Assembly (NCBI GenBank): GCA_011109175.1
Contig: RDEW01000006.1
Location: forward strand, 1,113,989 to 1,177,988
Origin: Dicyema japonicum
Lineage: Eukaryota > Animalia > Dicyemida
Direction: 5' to 3'
DNA length: 64,000 nucleotides
This document shows, one piece after another, positions 13,283 through 25,100 of the stretch. The translations under genes were made by a program, and so were the position numbers. Each line of letters opens with the position of its first letter. Within the stretch, counting starts at the first letter, position 1. The notes under the pieces were generated by a model. That model was not told where the DNA came from and searched no databases. It saw nothing but the letters and a program-made list of their open reading frames with translations.

Positions 13283-13858
13283 TTAAGAAAATTGAATATA
13301 TTTGAGGATAGAAGAATTATTTTTTGCTCCAATAATAAATTCGTTCAAGGATATTTCTCCGTCACCGTTATCATCTAATTTTTTGAAAATGTCCTTAGCA
13401 ATTTCTATGGGGGTCTTATCATCATCAGTGTCTCCTGTCAATTCATAAACCGCCTGAAATGGTAAGAACACGGATATTACAGTGACAATGGTTATCATTT
13501 CATTTTCCGTGATGAATCCGTCATTATCAATGTCGTGAAGACCGAAAGCCCACCTGAGTTTCTTATCAACGTCATCACAACGAGACATGTACATAGCAAT
13601 AGTAAATTCCTTAAAGTCAATAAAACCGTCGTTGTTTTTGTCAATGTGATTAAATAAATATTTTGAAAATTTAGTTGGATCTCCATTCGGGAAGAAGACT
13701 CTATACATTGTGTTGAATCCCTCAGAAGTCAGTTTTCCACTGGGACAGTTTTCAAGGAATGCTTGGTGGAATACCTGTAATTCCTTCTTTGAAAAGGAAG
13801 TGAACTCTTCCAGTTCTCGTTTCATGGAGTAAGTTAATTTAGTATTATTATTTCCCAT
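13283..13858 (-). CDS. NCS1: Neuronal calcium sensor (NCS-1/frequenin/neurocalcin family), N-myristoylated EF-hand protein
   Basis: MGNNNTKL myristoylation signal, CPSGKL, FFPNGDPTKF, KLRWAF and EF loops DKNNDGFIDFKE, DIDNDGFITENE, DDNGDGEISLNE. In-frame 27-nt intron at 13454-13480. Confidence 0.88.
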   Translation of the reverse strand: MGNNNTKLTYSMKRELEEFTSFSKKELQVFHQAFLENCPSGKLTSEGFNTMYRVFFPNGDPTKFSKYLFNHIDKNNDGFIDFKEFTIAMYMSRCDDVDKKLRWAFGLHDIDNDGFITENEMITIVTVISVFLPFQAVYELTGDTDDDKTPIEIAKDIFKKLDDNGDGEISLNEFIIGAKNNSSILKYIQFS

Positions 13859-14079
13859 TAAAATTGTAATTTACTTGTTATTTTAAATCAGTATAATTAA
13901 ACATGTTGTTCACAATTTGCGATTATTACATCATTCAATTAGGTTGTATTATCATTTACCTCATTTTCATAATTCACATCAACTATTATATCATCATATA
14001 CCAGAGATTGTCAAGAGACAATTTCTAGTGTCCCGCCAGGCAAATACAAATTTAAATAAATGGTTTCTAGCAAATAGAC

Positions 14080-15538
14080 ATTTTACTTCCAAGCATCCCG
14101 ACTATTCCAAAAATCTGTGGATTATTTTATGCATTATTTTGTTCTGATCCAATTAACCTTTTTGCAGTCTCCTCGATTGCGGACAGTTTCAATGAGGAGG
14201 ATCGTGAGATCTGCATTGCCCATGAAGGACTTGCATACGTCATCGTTGGTCGGATAAATTGTTCATAAAACGTGGCAAGGCCACCAGTTTGGTCTCTAAG
14301 TGTTTTTGAGAGCACTTTTAAAATTCACATTTTCTTCAGAGCAGAAGTTACTTTGTTTTCAACATGTCGGGTGAAGGTGAGTCCCTGATCAAAGGTTACT
14401 CCAGAATCTTCGGTGTTTTGTTAATAGGAACAGCTTCGTTCTTCATAAAGACTTTTGGTTCCTCCAGAGTAGTTGGTCCGGTTCTGTGTCTCCCACAAGA
14501 CCACCGCTCCGTCATTCTGAAAGCCTTCTTTTGAACGTCCTCAATTTTCTTAGTGTTCGTCTATGATAAAGAAGGTCCCCACGAAGCACACGCGTACGAG
14601 AAGCATGGTTCGATGTATTGCTTGTAAATGTTCATCAAGACTGGGTGGGTACATGTCTTTCATATTCCAGATAAACATTTTAATACATTGATCCTCTTCT
14701 CGCACTTCAGAACAATGTTTGCCACGTGTGGTGACAAACATAGGTGTGTATTCAGTGTCACGCCCAGGATCTTCTGACATTTGGTGAAGGGGATTTCAAA
14801 GTTGTCCAATTTTAACTTGACAGTCATCTTCCCCAACCTTTTGTCCGAAGTAAACATAGACGTGACCGACTTTCTGGAATTTATCGTGAGTCGATTCTTC
14901 ATTACCCAGGCGTTGAGTCGGTCCAGGTTAATTTGTAATTTTTCTGTAGCATTTTGGATATCCCGATCACGCGAGGCCAAAACAATGTCGTCCGCATATG
15001 TGAGTAGAACATCGTTATTGGATTCCGGTGTCGGGAGGTCTGCCAGGTATAAATTGAATAAGGCGGGGGATAAAGGAGATCCTTGGGGGACACCGTTTGG
15101 GAGAAGACGTGAGACTGATTTCAGTCCTCCGAGGCATACACGTCCCCTTCGTCCACTTAAGAAATTTGTTATCCAAATTTTAAACTTCCCCGGGATCTCG
15201 GACTGGAAAATTTTCTTTGATAATATTTTTCTCGAAATAGAATCAAAGGCCTTGTTAATGGAACATAAGACTGTCTTCAAATGCCTTGGTTTGTTTGAAA
15301 ATCCATCTCTAATGAAGTTGGTTAATTTCTGTAGGTACGTTGATGTAGAACAATCGCTCTTGAATCCGTGTTGAAAATCCTTTTCTGGTAAGAAAGCCTT
15401 GATTCTCCCAAGCACAAGCCTTTCCAGGATTTTCGATATGGAACATAACAATGACACAGGTCTAAATGATGCCGGATCTTCCTTAGGTTTTCCAGGTTTC
15501 AGTATAGGTCGGAAGTTGGCTTGCTTCCATAACAACGG
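14080..15538 (-). mobile_element. Two abutting Ingi/Vingi-like LINE RT fragments (about 14080-14460 and 14470-15538)
   Basis: FRPVSLLC, QHGF, KAFD, GVPQGSPLSP, YADD, KILGVT. A second KILGVTFD..YEQFIRPTMTYASPSW block lies downstream. Confidence 0.8.
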
Positions 15539-17235
15539 TATTACATTACAATCAGAGGGTTTATGTAGAAATTAAAGAGTTGGAGTGATAGTGGGGAGCC
15601 TTTAGGGACTCCATTTGGGAAATAGCGAGATCTTGATTTGATGTTGTTGCAGAGTACTTGTGCTCGTCTTCCATTTAGGAAGTTTCCAAGCCAAAGTTTC
15701 AGGTTCGGATGGATGTTGGTTTCAAATATTTTTGTTAGGAGTTTCCTAGGGACTGAGTCGAACGCTTTTGTGATGTCCACGGATATAAGTACTGTCCTCT
15801 GATGGGGTTTGGGGGAGTTAAATCCTTTCGCAATGAATTGTGTGAGGGTTGTAAGGTGTGTTGTGGTCGAATGGTTATCCCGGAATCTGCTGGGTCGGAG
15901 GTATTGATTGAGTCTTGTATTTTTTCCAAAACAAGCCTTTCAAGGATCCTTGAGACCGGACATAGAATAGATATTGGGCGATAGAAGATGGTTGGGTTTT
16001 CGGATAGGTCTGATTAGAGACTTCTTTCATATTTCAGGGATTGTATTTGTGTTAATGGATAGGTTGAAGATATAGACTAATAGTTCCAGGGTCGGTGGCC
16101 TAGGTGCTTCAGTTCACATGTGGTTATGTTTTCTGGTCCTTTGGCCTCTGAGTTGTTGGCTTGGATATGGATCTGCGAACATCTTGACTAGTAAATAGAT
16201 CCAGTTATCGGAGCGTTTCGGTTCAATCTTTTTCAGGAATACTTGTGTCTTTTGAAAACTTCTTGTAAGAGATAGACGTGTAGTATTTTATCAGAGTGTC
16301 TGGTTTTATGTAGACTTCGACTTTTCTCTCTGGGGGGATCTTTTGATGTTCTTGATCCACTTCCACACTCTCTGCATTGGGGGGTTTTTGCAGAGAACCT
16401 TCGATAGTCTCGTCCATCTATTTGCATTTTCTGCCTTTATGTTATAGTCGATCTCTCTGTTCAATTTCGTATTTTTCTGATGTTCTCTTCTGTTGGCGAT
16501 TTTACCATCTTTAGATTATTTCGTTCACTGATCAGATGTTTCGTCGTTGTGTTGAAACGTTTTGATAACGTAGGTTGTCTCCCATAGGAATGTACTTCTT
16601 TTTCGCAGCGTTTTGGTGGAGTTGAACCATTTCACTAATTGTTACGGAGGGAGTGGGGAAATTTAATAGTCCAATACAATTATCGACGTATTCCTTGAAT
16701 CCTTTCCAATTCGCAAGGCTGTAGTTAGTTATCGTTGGGATTGTCCTTTTATCCGTGACCTTGTTTTGACCTCCAAAAATATTGGATTGTGGTCACTCTG
16801 GTGTCATACTTCACTGACCAATCAATAAGAGGGGCTAAGGACGGTGATGACAGTGAGATGTCGATAGAAGAAGGTTTATCGTTACGTCGAGTAGGTGTTC
16901 TTGTATGAGATGCAAGATCGTTGAGTATACATAGGCTGTGTAGGTCCTCAATTATCATCTTCCCTCTTTTGTCGTAGGTTTGTCCTGTCAGCCACAGTGG
17001 GTGCTTCGCATTGAAGTCACCACAGATAATCACATCCTTCAGTGATGCGAGAGGAGTGAGTCTCAACGGTGGGAGATATGCGTTGACAATTATTATTGAT
17101 AGTCTTGGGAATCGTACTTTGGTAACCAAAAGTTCAAGATTTCCATATCCTTTAAGCATAGTGTAAGCACTGTTACTTATGTCCTCAAACGGAATGCCGT
17201 TGCGGATAACTGTGAGAAGACCCCCACCAATTCTG

Positions 17236-17850
17236 GTTGTAGGAAAAAAAGTCAAGCGGAAAAAAAGTCAAGTTGTCTTTTTTAGTTTATATCGCATTTT
17301 TGTGATACTACTAGCATCTTTTAATTTTTAAAAATTTTTTCAATACTTGACTTTTTTTCCATTTTTGAAAATTTTTCCCTTATAAATTTTCAAAATTTAA
17401 AGTCCGTAATTTCGTTAACGGACTTGACTTTTTTCCGTTTATAAATTAAGATTTTTATTCATGATCGTTTCATTTTAAAGTAAGCGAATTTAGAATAACA
17501 AATTATTTAAATAGTTAATTTTGGCTAATGTTAATGAATTAAAATGTCCCGCCACAACTAAAACTACACGTGGTGGAAATAAATTCTAAAAATAAAACAG
17601 ATTTTTTCTACTTTTAAAATTTTTAAAATGTTATAAACATATGATTTTTATTTAACGAGAATCAAGGAAAAATTTTCAAAAATGGAAAAAAAGTCAAGTA
17701 TTGAAAAAAATTTTAAAAATTAAAAGATGCTAGTAGTATCACAAAAATTGCGATATAAACTAAAAAAAAGACAACTTGACTTTTTTTCCGCTTACGGACT
17801 TGATTTTTTTCCGCTTGACTTTTTTTCCATTTGACTTTTTTTCCGCTCTC
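17236..17850. mobile_element. Non-autonomous Mutator-like/foldback MITE (615 bp, ~145-bp TIRs, 9-bp TSD)
   Basis: CCAATTCTG is duplicated at 17227-17235 and 17851-17859. Long inverted arms are built from GGAAAAAAAGTCAA units. Excision restores the APE frame IHRDRIGGGLLTVIR. Confidence 0.88.
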
Positions 17851-18087
17851 CCAATTCTGTCACGGTGAATTACTGTGAATCCCGGAAATACTTTGGAAAA
17901 AGTTTAGACTCTTGAGTTAGCAACAGATCGATGTGATTTTCTTTCACAAATGTCCGAAGTTCGAGTATCTTGTTCTTGATTCCATTTATGTTGAGTTGGA
18001 CTATTCTGGCTGGTCCAGGGTTTGCCTCAACGTCTCCGCAGCGGCGCAGGCCTTCCTTATTGGTCCACCCGTGAAGATAGGGGAAAG

Positions 18088-18141
18088 TGTGGTTCTTTTT
18101 TTCCAAATGCCACCACGTCGTCGGCAAGCCACATGACATTA
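18088..18141 (-). ncRNA. HDV-like ribozyme fold, degenerate (P4 and catalytic C deleted)
   Basis: AATGTC-A-TGTGGCTT-GCC-GACGACGT-GGT-GGCATT-TGG-AAAAAAA-GAACCACA, read as P1, P2, P3, L3, P3', P1', P2'. Confidence 0.6.
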
Positions 18142-18169
18142 TCACCATCGATTTTTACTAGGGAGTTTT

Positions 18170-18600
18170 TAAACTTTCCAGAAAGATATGAAAAGCAGGT
18201 ATTCCAACCTCCAAATATTTGGTTTTAAGTATAGAATCTGATTGGATTTCCAACAGTTCCATTTTTTAGCTTTCATCTGCACTGGAGACATTAAAAGAGA
18301 ATGGTGTGTGAATAATGGAAATTGTTGTTCAAAAGACGATAAATCATTAAATATTTCTTGAAATTCCCTTAACAACGATTCTAGTCTTTCATAATGGGAA
18401 AATTCATTACAGTATGTGCATCAACAGCTCTGTGCACGTAGGAAAATAAACTAAATCTTCATTTAATAGCTGAGACTTCCATAATTTATTTTTGAAATAA
18501 AACACGTGATATCATCTGACTATCTCTCTCATCCTGAGAGGGAATAGCCACTCATTCAGGCGGCCGCTGTATGACCTTTTTGATTATCCTACAAAAATAA
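18170..18600 (-). mobile_element. hAT (GTF2IRD2/SPIN-like) transposase fragment
   Basis: LLREFQEIFNDLSSFEQQFPLF..ELLEIQSD resembles the C-terminal region of GTF2IRD2-type transposases; heavily decayed. Confidence 0.5.
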
Positions 18601-18871
18601 ACTTCTCAAAAAGTTAAATCTTTGTAACGTAACTTATTAATTTAGAATTTCGAGATAACCAAAAAGAAAGACAGAAAACATCAAATAGTCAGGTGATCCC
18701 AGTTTCAGTAATCAACTGCGCCATCCAACGTCTTTGATCTCCCATCGTTCCCATTACCGTACGAAAGAGTCTTCGCTCATTCCTGTAGAGGAATCCGATT
18801 AGAGAAGATAACTTTTCAACCAATAGGTTTTCTTTTGGATAAGGAACTCTTTTTTTTGTTCATATATATTT

Positions 18872-18993
18872 AACTAGATACCCGTGCACGCTCCGCTTGA
18901 GGGCCTGTCGCGAGTTTCGATTATTTGACAAACGACGCTGAGTCTCTTCTGGGAACTATTCCAATAGTAATGAGCGTGCACAGGTGTCTAGTT
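18872..18993. mobile_element. 122-bp MITE-like element with 22-bp terminal inverted repeats
   Basis: AACTAGATACCCGTGCACGCTC (18872-18893) vs the reverse complement of 18972-18993, AACTAGACACCTGTGCACGCTC; 20/22 match. Confidence 0.6.
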
Positions 18994-19339
18994 TTGATTT
19001 AAAGTGCTTAAAAGACTTAAGTATTTTATTATTGTATTTGTAAGAAGAGTGTTTAAATAAGCAGTTTAAAAAAGTTTTGATTTTTACCCATGTGGGGTGT
19101 CTCCCATTGTCCCCCATCTCCGGGATCTCTGGGATATTGTATTAGTGCCTAGAAATGATTAAAGTTGAAAGTTTTAAAATTAGCATTGAAGGTCACGTCA
19201 CTTGACATGAGTGATATTGATCGAAATTTTCTCAGTCTTCATATCTGATTCACTCACTTTTGTTTTTATTTATTCAAAACTTTTTTAAAATTAAAATCCG
19301 TCCATTTATCCGCGAGTTATCATGCCACATATAGCACTT

Positions 19340-20040
19340 AGTTATTTAGTTAGTGAAAGCACATCCGCGTTACCAGTAGACAGTGTTTATTGTTTCGCTT
19401 GTGTTTTTCGACTATTATTGCCGTTAGCCTTCTCCAACTCTTTCATTGTCGTGCTCGCCTCCTGATTTCGTCCAGATCGTCTGCATCCATCAATCGGCCC
19501 CAGATCACAGCATAATCCTCCGCAGGTGTCTTGGGAAAACAACTTCTTAGACATCTTCTGAATGTAGAAGATTAAGTATGGCCGAAAAAATTCTTCTACG
19601 GCGGCATTGGATGGTGTTTTTTCACCCGTCCGTAGAATATGTTCAAAAAGGCGCCAGTATGTTCAGACTTATTGGTCCACAATTAGTCAGTCTGTATAAT
19701 TATTGTTTGAGATTTTCTTTTGCCAAGAATATCCAAGGAGTTTTCTTAGTTGGCCACTGAAACAAATCGAGTTGCTCCATGTCTTTCTTTGATGTTCGCC
19801 AAGTACCTGCGTTGTGCATGAAAACTGGTAGGACAAACCTATTATATAAGCGTAACCGCATATTATTAGGAATTTGAATTTTTAGTGCTATTGTGGCCAA
19901 TATCTTTCGTCGTGTGATATCTTCTGAATGGGAAAGTAAAGATCCGAGATTTCGGATGTTCCTCCACTTTTCAACGCGGATCTGCGTTCTTTCAATATTG
20001 GCTATTTCAGTTTTGTCTTCATTGAGCTTTAATAAGCATA
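19340..20040 (-). mobile_element. RTE 3' fragment
   Basis: KTEIANIE..LGSLL..DITRRK..RLRLYNRFVLPVFMHNAGTW..LDLF, homologous to the 4580-7573 element. Confidence 0.8.
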
Positions 20041-22362
20041 TATATAGATTAGTGTAAAAATATTAGATTTTATTAAGAATTTGCGTTTAATCTTAATTCC
20101 GAAAAATTTTTTCATGTCTGCAAGCAACACTCTGACGGCCCTCGGAAAAGCAGTTATGAAGCGCTAATCTCAGAAGGTCTGCGCTCCAGTATCTTATTCT
20201 CTTTGGGGATCATGTGACACGCGTACTTAGGGAACATCAAATAGATACAAAGTCATTTACACTCAGGTTTACTAATTTGCTGGAGGTGGTTTTTCATGAG
20301 TGTTCTTTGGAGGTCAGTGAAGGTTCTTCGATGTGTCTGCGGTTAGTTAATTCGAGTAATAGGGAAGGTTGAGTAGTTTGAGTCGGTGGCCACCTAAGAT
20401 ATCGTAATCTCCTCATTTTAAGATGGTCACCTAACGTCTGGATCTTCGACTCCCAATGTAAGTAGTCAAATGATTTTAAACAGCCCATCATAGTTTTCAA
20501 TGTTGAATTTTGATCTTCTGTAGTTTTTGTAGGATGGAGAGTAATGTGATGGAGCAGTTGTCCGTTAAATATTTCTTATTTAAATTATTCCAAATTATGT
20601 AGTCATTTCATCTAATTAGAATAAAAAATGAATCAACTAAATTCCACGTGTTTTGCATCACTACAGTTTTTTCAATACGACTGACTAATTCAACCTAGGA
20701 ACCCACAAACAGACACCTAGTACGTCGGATCAATAATCCAAAGGGTCACCTTGTGAGACTGAATGGGTTCAAGAGTATTTTGATAGCCATCTTCAGAGGT
20801 CTATTCAAACTCCCTAGTTTAATGAATTGTTATCGAATTTAAATTAAGCAATTAGGGAAAATAAATTAGTATGGTTTAGAGGCTAAAAATAAGTTTTTGA
20901 GGTTATAGTTTTTGACAATGAGATAACAAATTTGTTTCAAATATCTTGCATTCGTTAATTTTGCTTTGAACGCCATTGACCTTTAAGCTGTCAGTAAAAG
21001 AGCTAAGCCATAAATCAATGACTAATCCCTCAATTTGACAGAAAACCATAATCGAATTTGATTAACTCCACATGTATTGAATTTATGTTAACGTGTAAGG
21101 TTATTTGCATTGTAATGCGCAGAATCGCAATTATACTTAATAAGTCCGGTAATGGCGGTTGGAATCATTTACGTTGTTTCATCGTCGTTACTATTTCCAA
21201 CATGATTACAAAAAAGTTTATTCACGACCTCCAAAGAAAGTTACAAGCTAAACTAGAAAATGGAGTATAAAGATTGGTGACTTTTAGAAACAAAATGAGG
21301 TGATCGACGAGATTAAGACATTTGATGACGAGAGGATTATTACTAACATCGAGATCGTGAGAATTGGAGTGTTTGCTCTTTGCGAGTTGAGTTTGTTTTT
21401 ACTTGACTAGACGGAATTTGAAAGGAGATTTAGCAAACGCTGAAAATTTATGTTTTAATGTTTTATTTCTTTAAAATTTAGGCTCTTCGCACGTGTTCTC
21501 CAAATGAGAAGAGTGACATATTTATTCTGCTTGGGAGAGGAAAAAAGCATAAGTTCCTAGACTCGGGTTCTCTGGAAGATGCAAGAAAATGCAAAGAATA
21601 GTATTAATTTGGCAAACTTGTAGCTACGATATGGCTCGCATATTAAGTCGGAACCCCCATGAATTTGTGAGCATCATAAACCTACTTACTCTGTATTATA
21701 CGCTTGGAGAAAACTTTAATACTGCTAAGATAAAGGGATACAGTTTTCCTTGTGTGTTTATTTAGTCGACTTGTTGAAGCTTAGGGTTTCAAGTCCTCAT
21801 AACAATCCGTTTTGGGTGAATAGTACCCTAGTAGTACTCCATTGTATGTTAAACAAATTCGCTCTTATGATCTCTTCGATGGAGGAGATTAGCAGATCAA
21901 AGCCTTCTCAGAGGTTTTGGTTTTCTATATTCAAAGAGAATGGAGGGAAATATGATGGCTGCTGACCGTTTAATTTTTAATAGATCTGTAGTCCTCTTAT
22001 TTATTTTTAGTTCCAGGAAATCCTTGAAAATTACCTCAAACCAAATATTCACGAATTATCCCTATTTGTAGCTTTATGTTTTATTTTCAGGCTTTGACTA
22101 TGGGGACTTTATGTAGAATCACTCCTTCCATTGAGGACAACCACCTGGTATTTCCTTTGCATTATTTAGAATATTACATACGAGGGAACTAACAGTTTGG
22201 AAATCCTTACGAGGCCTCGCTTTCAGTATTATTTATCACCTTATTAGTTTTATTGACCCAAATAAGATTGAGATTATCTCCAATAACTCAAATATAACCA
22301 TACAGTTCGTGAATTACGAAAAAACACGAAAGTAATCTTTTATCACTACTTAGTGTTCTTCA

Positions 22363-23261
22363 ATGGATACAAAAATACGCTGGACAGACTGTAAAGTTAC
22401 GTCCCTTGACAGACTCAGTGGTCCTCCCTCCCATTGACTTCTCTCAAGTTGGGAGTGGAACTAGTTTTAATGTGACTTCGGCAACTTTTCAAAATTTCAA
22501 AGTGAGAATTGTCCCATATAGAAAATCGTTAGATTGAGCTTATTTCTTTAGTGTGGCTGATAAGCTCGTTTCCTCGATTGATGCTATAGACGAGAGTATG
22601 ATTCGACATCCTGTACTCTTCAGACACCAGGAGGTTATACAACATGATTTATTCTTAATTTTTGTTGTTGACTATTTTAATGGTTTTTTTCGTTTTAATA
22701 CAAGTTCTGTCTCTGAGAGATCTCATCCTCAGTGAAGAACCAATTGTTGACAGCCACATCGTGGAATGGGTTCATCAGTTGTTGGACGGTCTGGTTTACA
22801 TGGTTTTTTTATTTTTTTACTTCCAGCATGATCTGAGAATCATACATGGTTTTATTTGCGGGAGAACAGTCTATGTGTCTTCTCTAAAAGTGAAGATCGA
22901 GATTTGCGATTTTTTCACAACAGCCAATCTCATTTCGGGAGAGAAAGTTGATGATCTAATAGAAATTGCACCAGAAATTATTAAACATGGCTCATGTGGA
23001 GTTTGTTTGAGGTATTGTATTATGAAAAATTTATAGAGCGACATTTGGGGTCTTGGTGCCGTCACGTGTGAGTTAATAACACGGCAACCTTTTGATTACG
23101 CCAATATTAGAACAGAATCAGGGATAGTGCCCACATCGACTTTTTGGGATTTTATTTTGAGGTAACTCACTCCCCTGTTTGATATTAGATGTTGTAGGGA
23201 AGAACCTAGTATGAGGACATCCTTAATGGATTTGAAGTTTCATCATTTTTTGATGAACTGA
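22363..23261 (+). CDS. Protein-kinase-fold protein, predicted pseudokinase, multi-exon
   Basis: Spliced: QVGSGTSFNV..IRHPVL..WVHQLLDGLVYM|HDLRIIHGFICGRTVYV..IEICDFF..IAPEII..SDIWGLGAVTCEL..CCREEPSMRTSLMDLKFHHFL*. Introns are 22-36 nt. Confidence 0.75.
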
Positions 23262-23309
23262 CTCACCGTAAATTAAATAAATTCATAATTCTGTTTATTT
23301 ATAGAATAT

Positions 23310-24390
23310 TTTTAATTTTTATTAAAAAAGGGTCTAAAAGAGGTTAACTTTGTCAATTCTCTTAATTCCACTGCATCGACTGTAGGTACTCTAGATCTCT
23401 GTACATTTAGTTTCTTTATAATCATCTTAAGGTCCTTGCTAAAAACCGTAGTTAGAGTGACTCTCGGCCTTCTTCTAATGGGGTCTGTTCTCATTGTTGA
23501 AGTATTGTTCCATTACTATATTTGCAAGGCATCAATGTTCATACGCAGTACGTGCTCAAAGAGTATCCACCTCATTCAATGATTTCCATGCCTAATGGTA
23601 CTCATTTGGTTCACGTCTTTCATTCGAAATTTTATTTGGCCAATCCATCTTTTGAAGCTCTGCCTCAATAGTCCCCATGTTCCCGAACTATACATCAGTA
23701 CCGGTTTTGTGTTGCATTATATATTACAAAATTCGTTTTCAAGAATTTTCTCAACGTTTTCCATTTTCTTATACATTGCTGCACTATGACCCTCATGTGC
23801 ATCATGTCTTCACTATCTCCAATCAAAGATCCAAATTTTTTTTCAACCATCTTCAAGATACTCAGGTTCTTTTGTAATTGTTATAAACTCTGTCTTGGTT
23901 GACGTCCCAAAACTAGTCTTTTAACTTATTGGGGATTGTGGCCGATAACCGCTCCAATTCACAGCCATTTTCACAAAAATGTCGTCAGCATAAACTATTT
24001 CCATTGGCATATGTCCTTCGCATCTTTACTTGAGAGATCTCAGAGCTGCCTCAAGGTATACAATAAAAAGGAAAAGTGACATCGAGTGGTATTCAAATGG
24101 TTGTCCTAAAAGGAGTAAATGTCTTGTTCACAACTGGACAGTACATTCAGTATCAGAATGTAGAAAGCGAATTATTCTTGTGCAGTCTTCATCAAGGAAA
24201 CATCCAGTAATCTTCTGTCGACAATGTCAAAGATCCTAGACATATCAAGTAACAAGCTTTTGAATTCAATTTTGTATCGTTGACACAGGGCACAAATCAA
24301 TCTATAAAACCAGACAGCATCCTTAGTAGAGCGTGAAATTAAAATCCGATCGCTTCAAAAGATAATGAGTCGAAGGTTATTATTATTATT
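23310..24390 (-). mobile_element. Decayed RTE fragment
   Basis: Homology to the RT and C-terminus of the 4580-7573 element (YLEAALRDL, VYADD, LFEHVLRM, RRRPRVTL). Confidence 0.75.
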
Positions 24391-25100
24391 TAAGCCAAAG
24401 AAACACCGTCTTAACCAATAACTAATATTCAGGTGATCGTCCACAGGTAAATTGCTGCTTTTATCTTTTTTGTAATTTTTGTTGTCCGTTTCAGAGATAT
24501 CGAGGAATTTCGGGATTCAATAATATTGTGGAAAATACTGTTGAAGTAACGGAGTCAGACGGTCAAAACAACACTGAAATATTTAGTAAAGGTTTTTTCT
24601 TTAATTTTACAAAAGATTATTTCAAATTTATTTTTCCGAGGGTCGATGTGAATAATCCAATAAAAGAATGAATAGGAAGATGCGAGTGTATCGATCAAAA
24701 TATGAATAAAACATTGGAGATATTGTATTCAATTTATACTTAAAAGGTTAGTATTCAGAAAGATTATGGGACTAATCCTTATGGACTAATTCTTGTCAAC
24801 GTTCAACTTAGTGATGGTTCAGTGACGAAAGTCCATTCTAGACGGCTTAAAAATAGTTAACTATGATTAGTTTTTATATCTGAAAAATTGATTAATTTTA
24901 TTTTTTGACAATGAATGATCAAGTTTCACCTAAGACTCGGTGCGATTGTTTAACCTTATAAAGATGGATTTGTTCTTTTTTATAGAAGTTTGAGTTCGAA
25001 TATTACATAAAATTTTTAAGATGGACAATTTTACCGTGAGGAAGAACGAGTTAATAATTAAATAATATTTTTTGTTAGTAGACAAAAGGTTAAATTAAAG

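Larger units (their letters stand above)
15540..18148 (-). mobile_element. Ingi/Vingi-like LINE (5' HDV-like fold, 2A peptide, APE, partial RT), decayed and interrupted by a MITE
   Basis: CGDVEANPGP directly followed by RIVQLNINGI..TQE (APE), NAYLPP, GDFNAKH, SIDIS, then DITKAFD..GVP.GSPLS. Confidence 0.85.

Noticed and set aside
24500-24860. LTR-retrotransposon integrase C-terminus (..DGSVTKVHSRRLK)
   Set aside because: Single weak motif, no LTRs and no DDE core recoverable.
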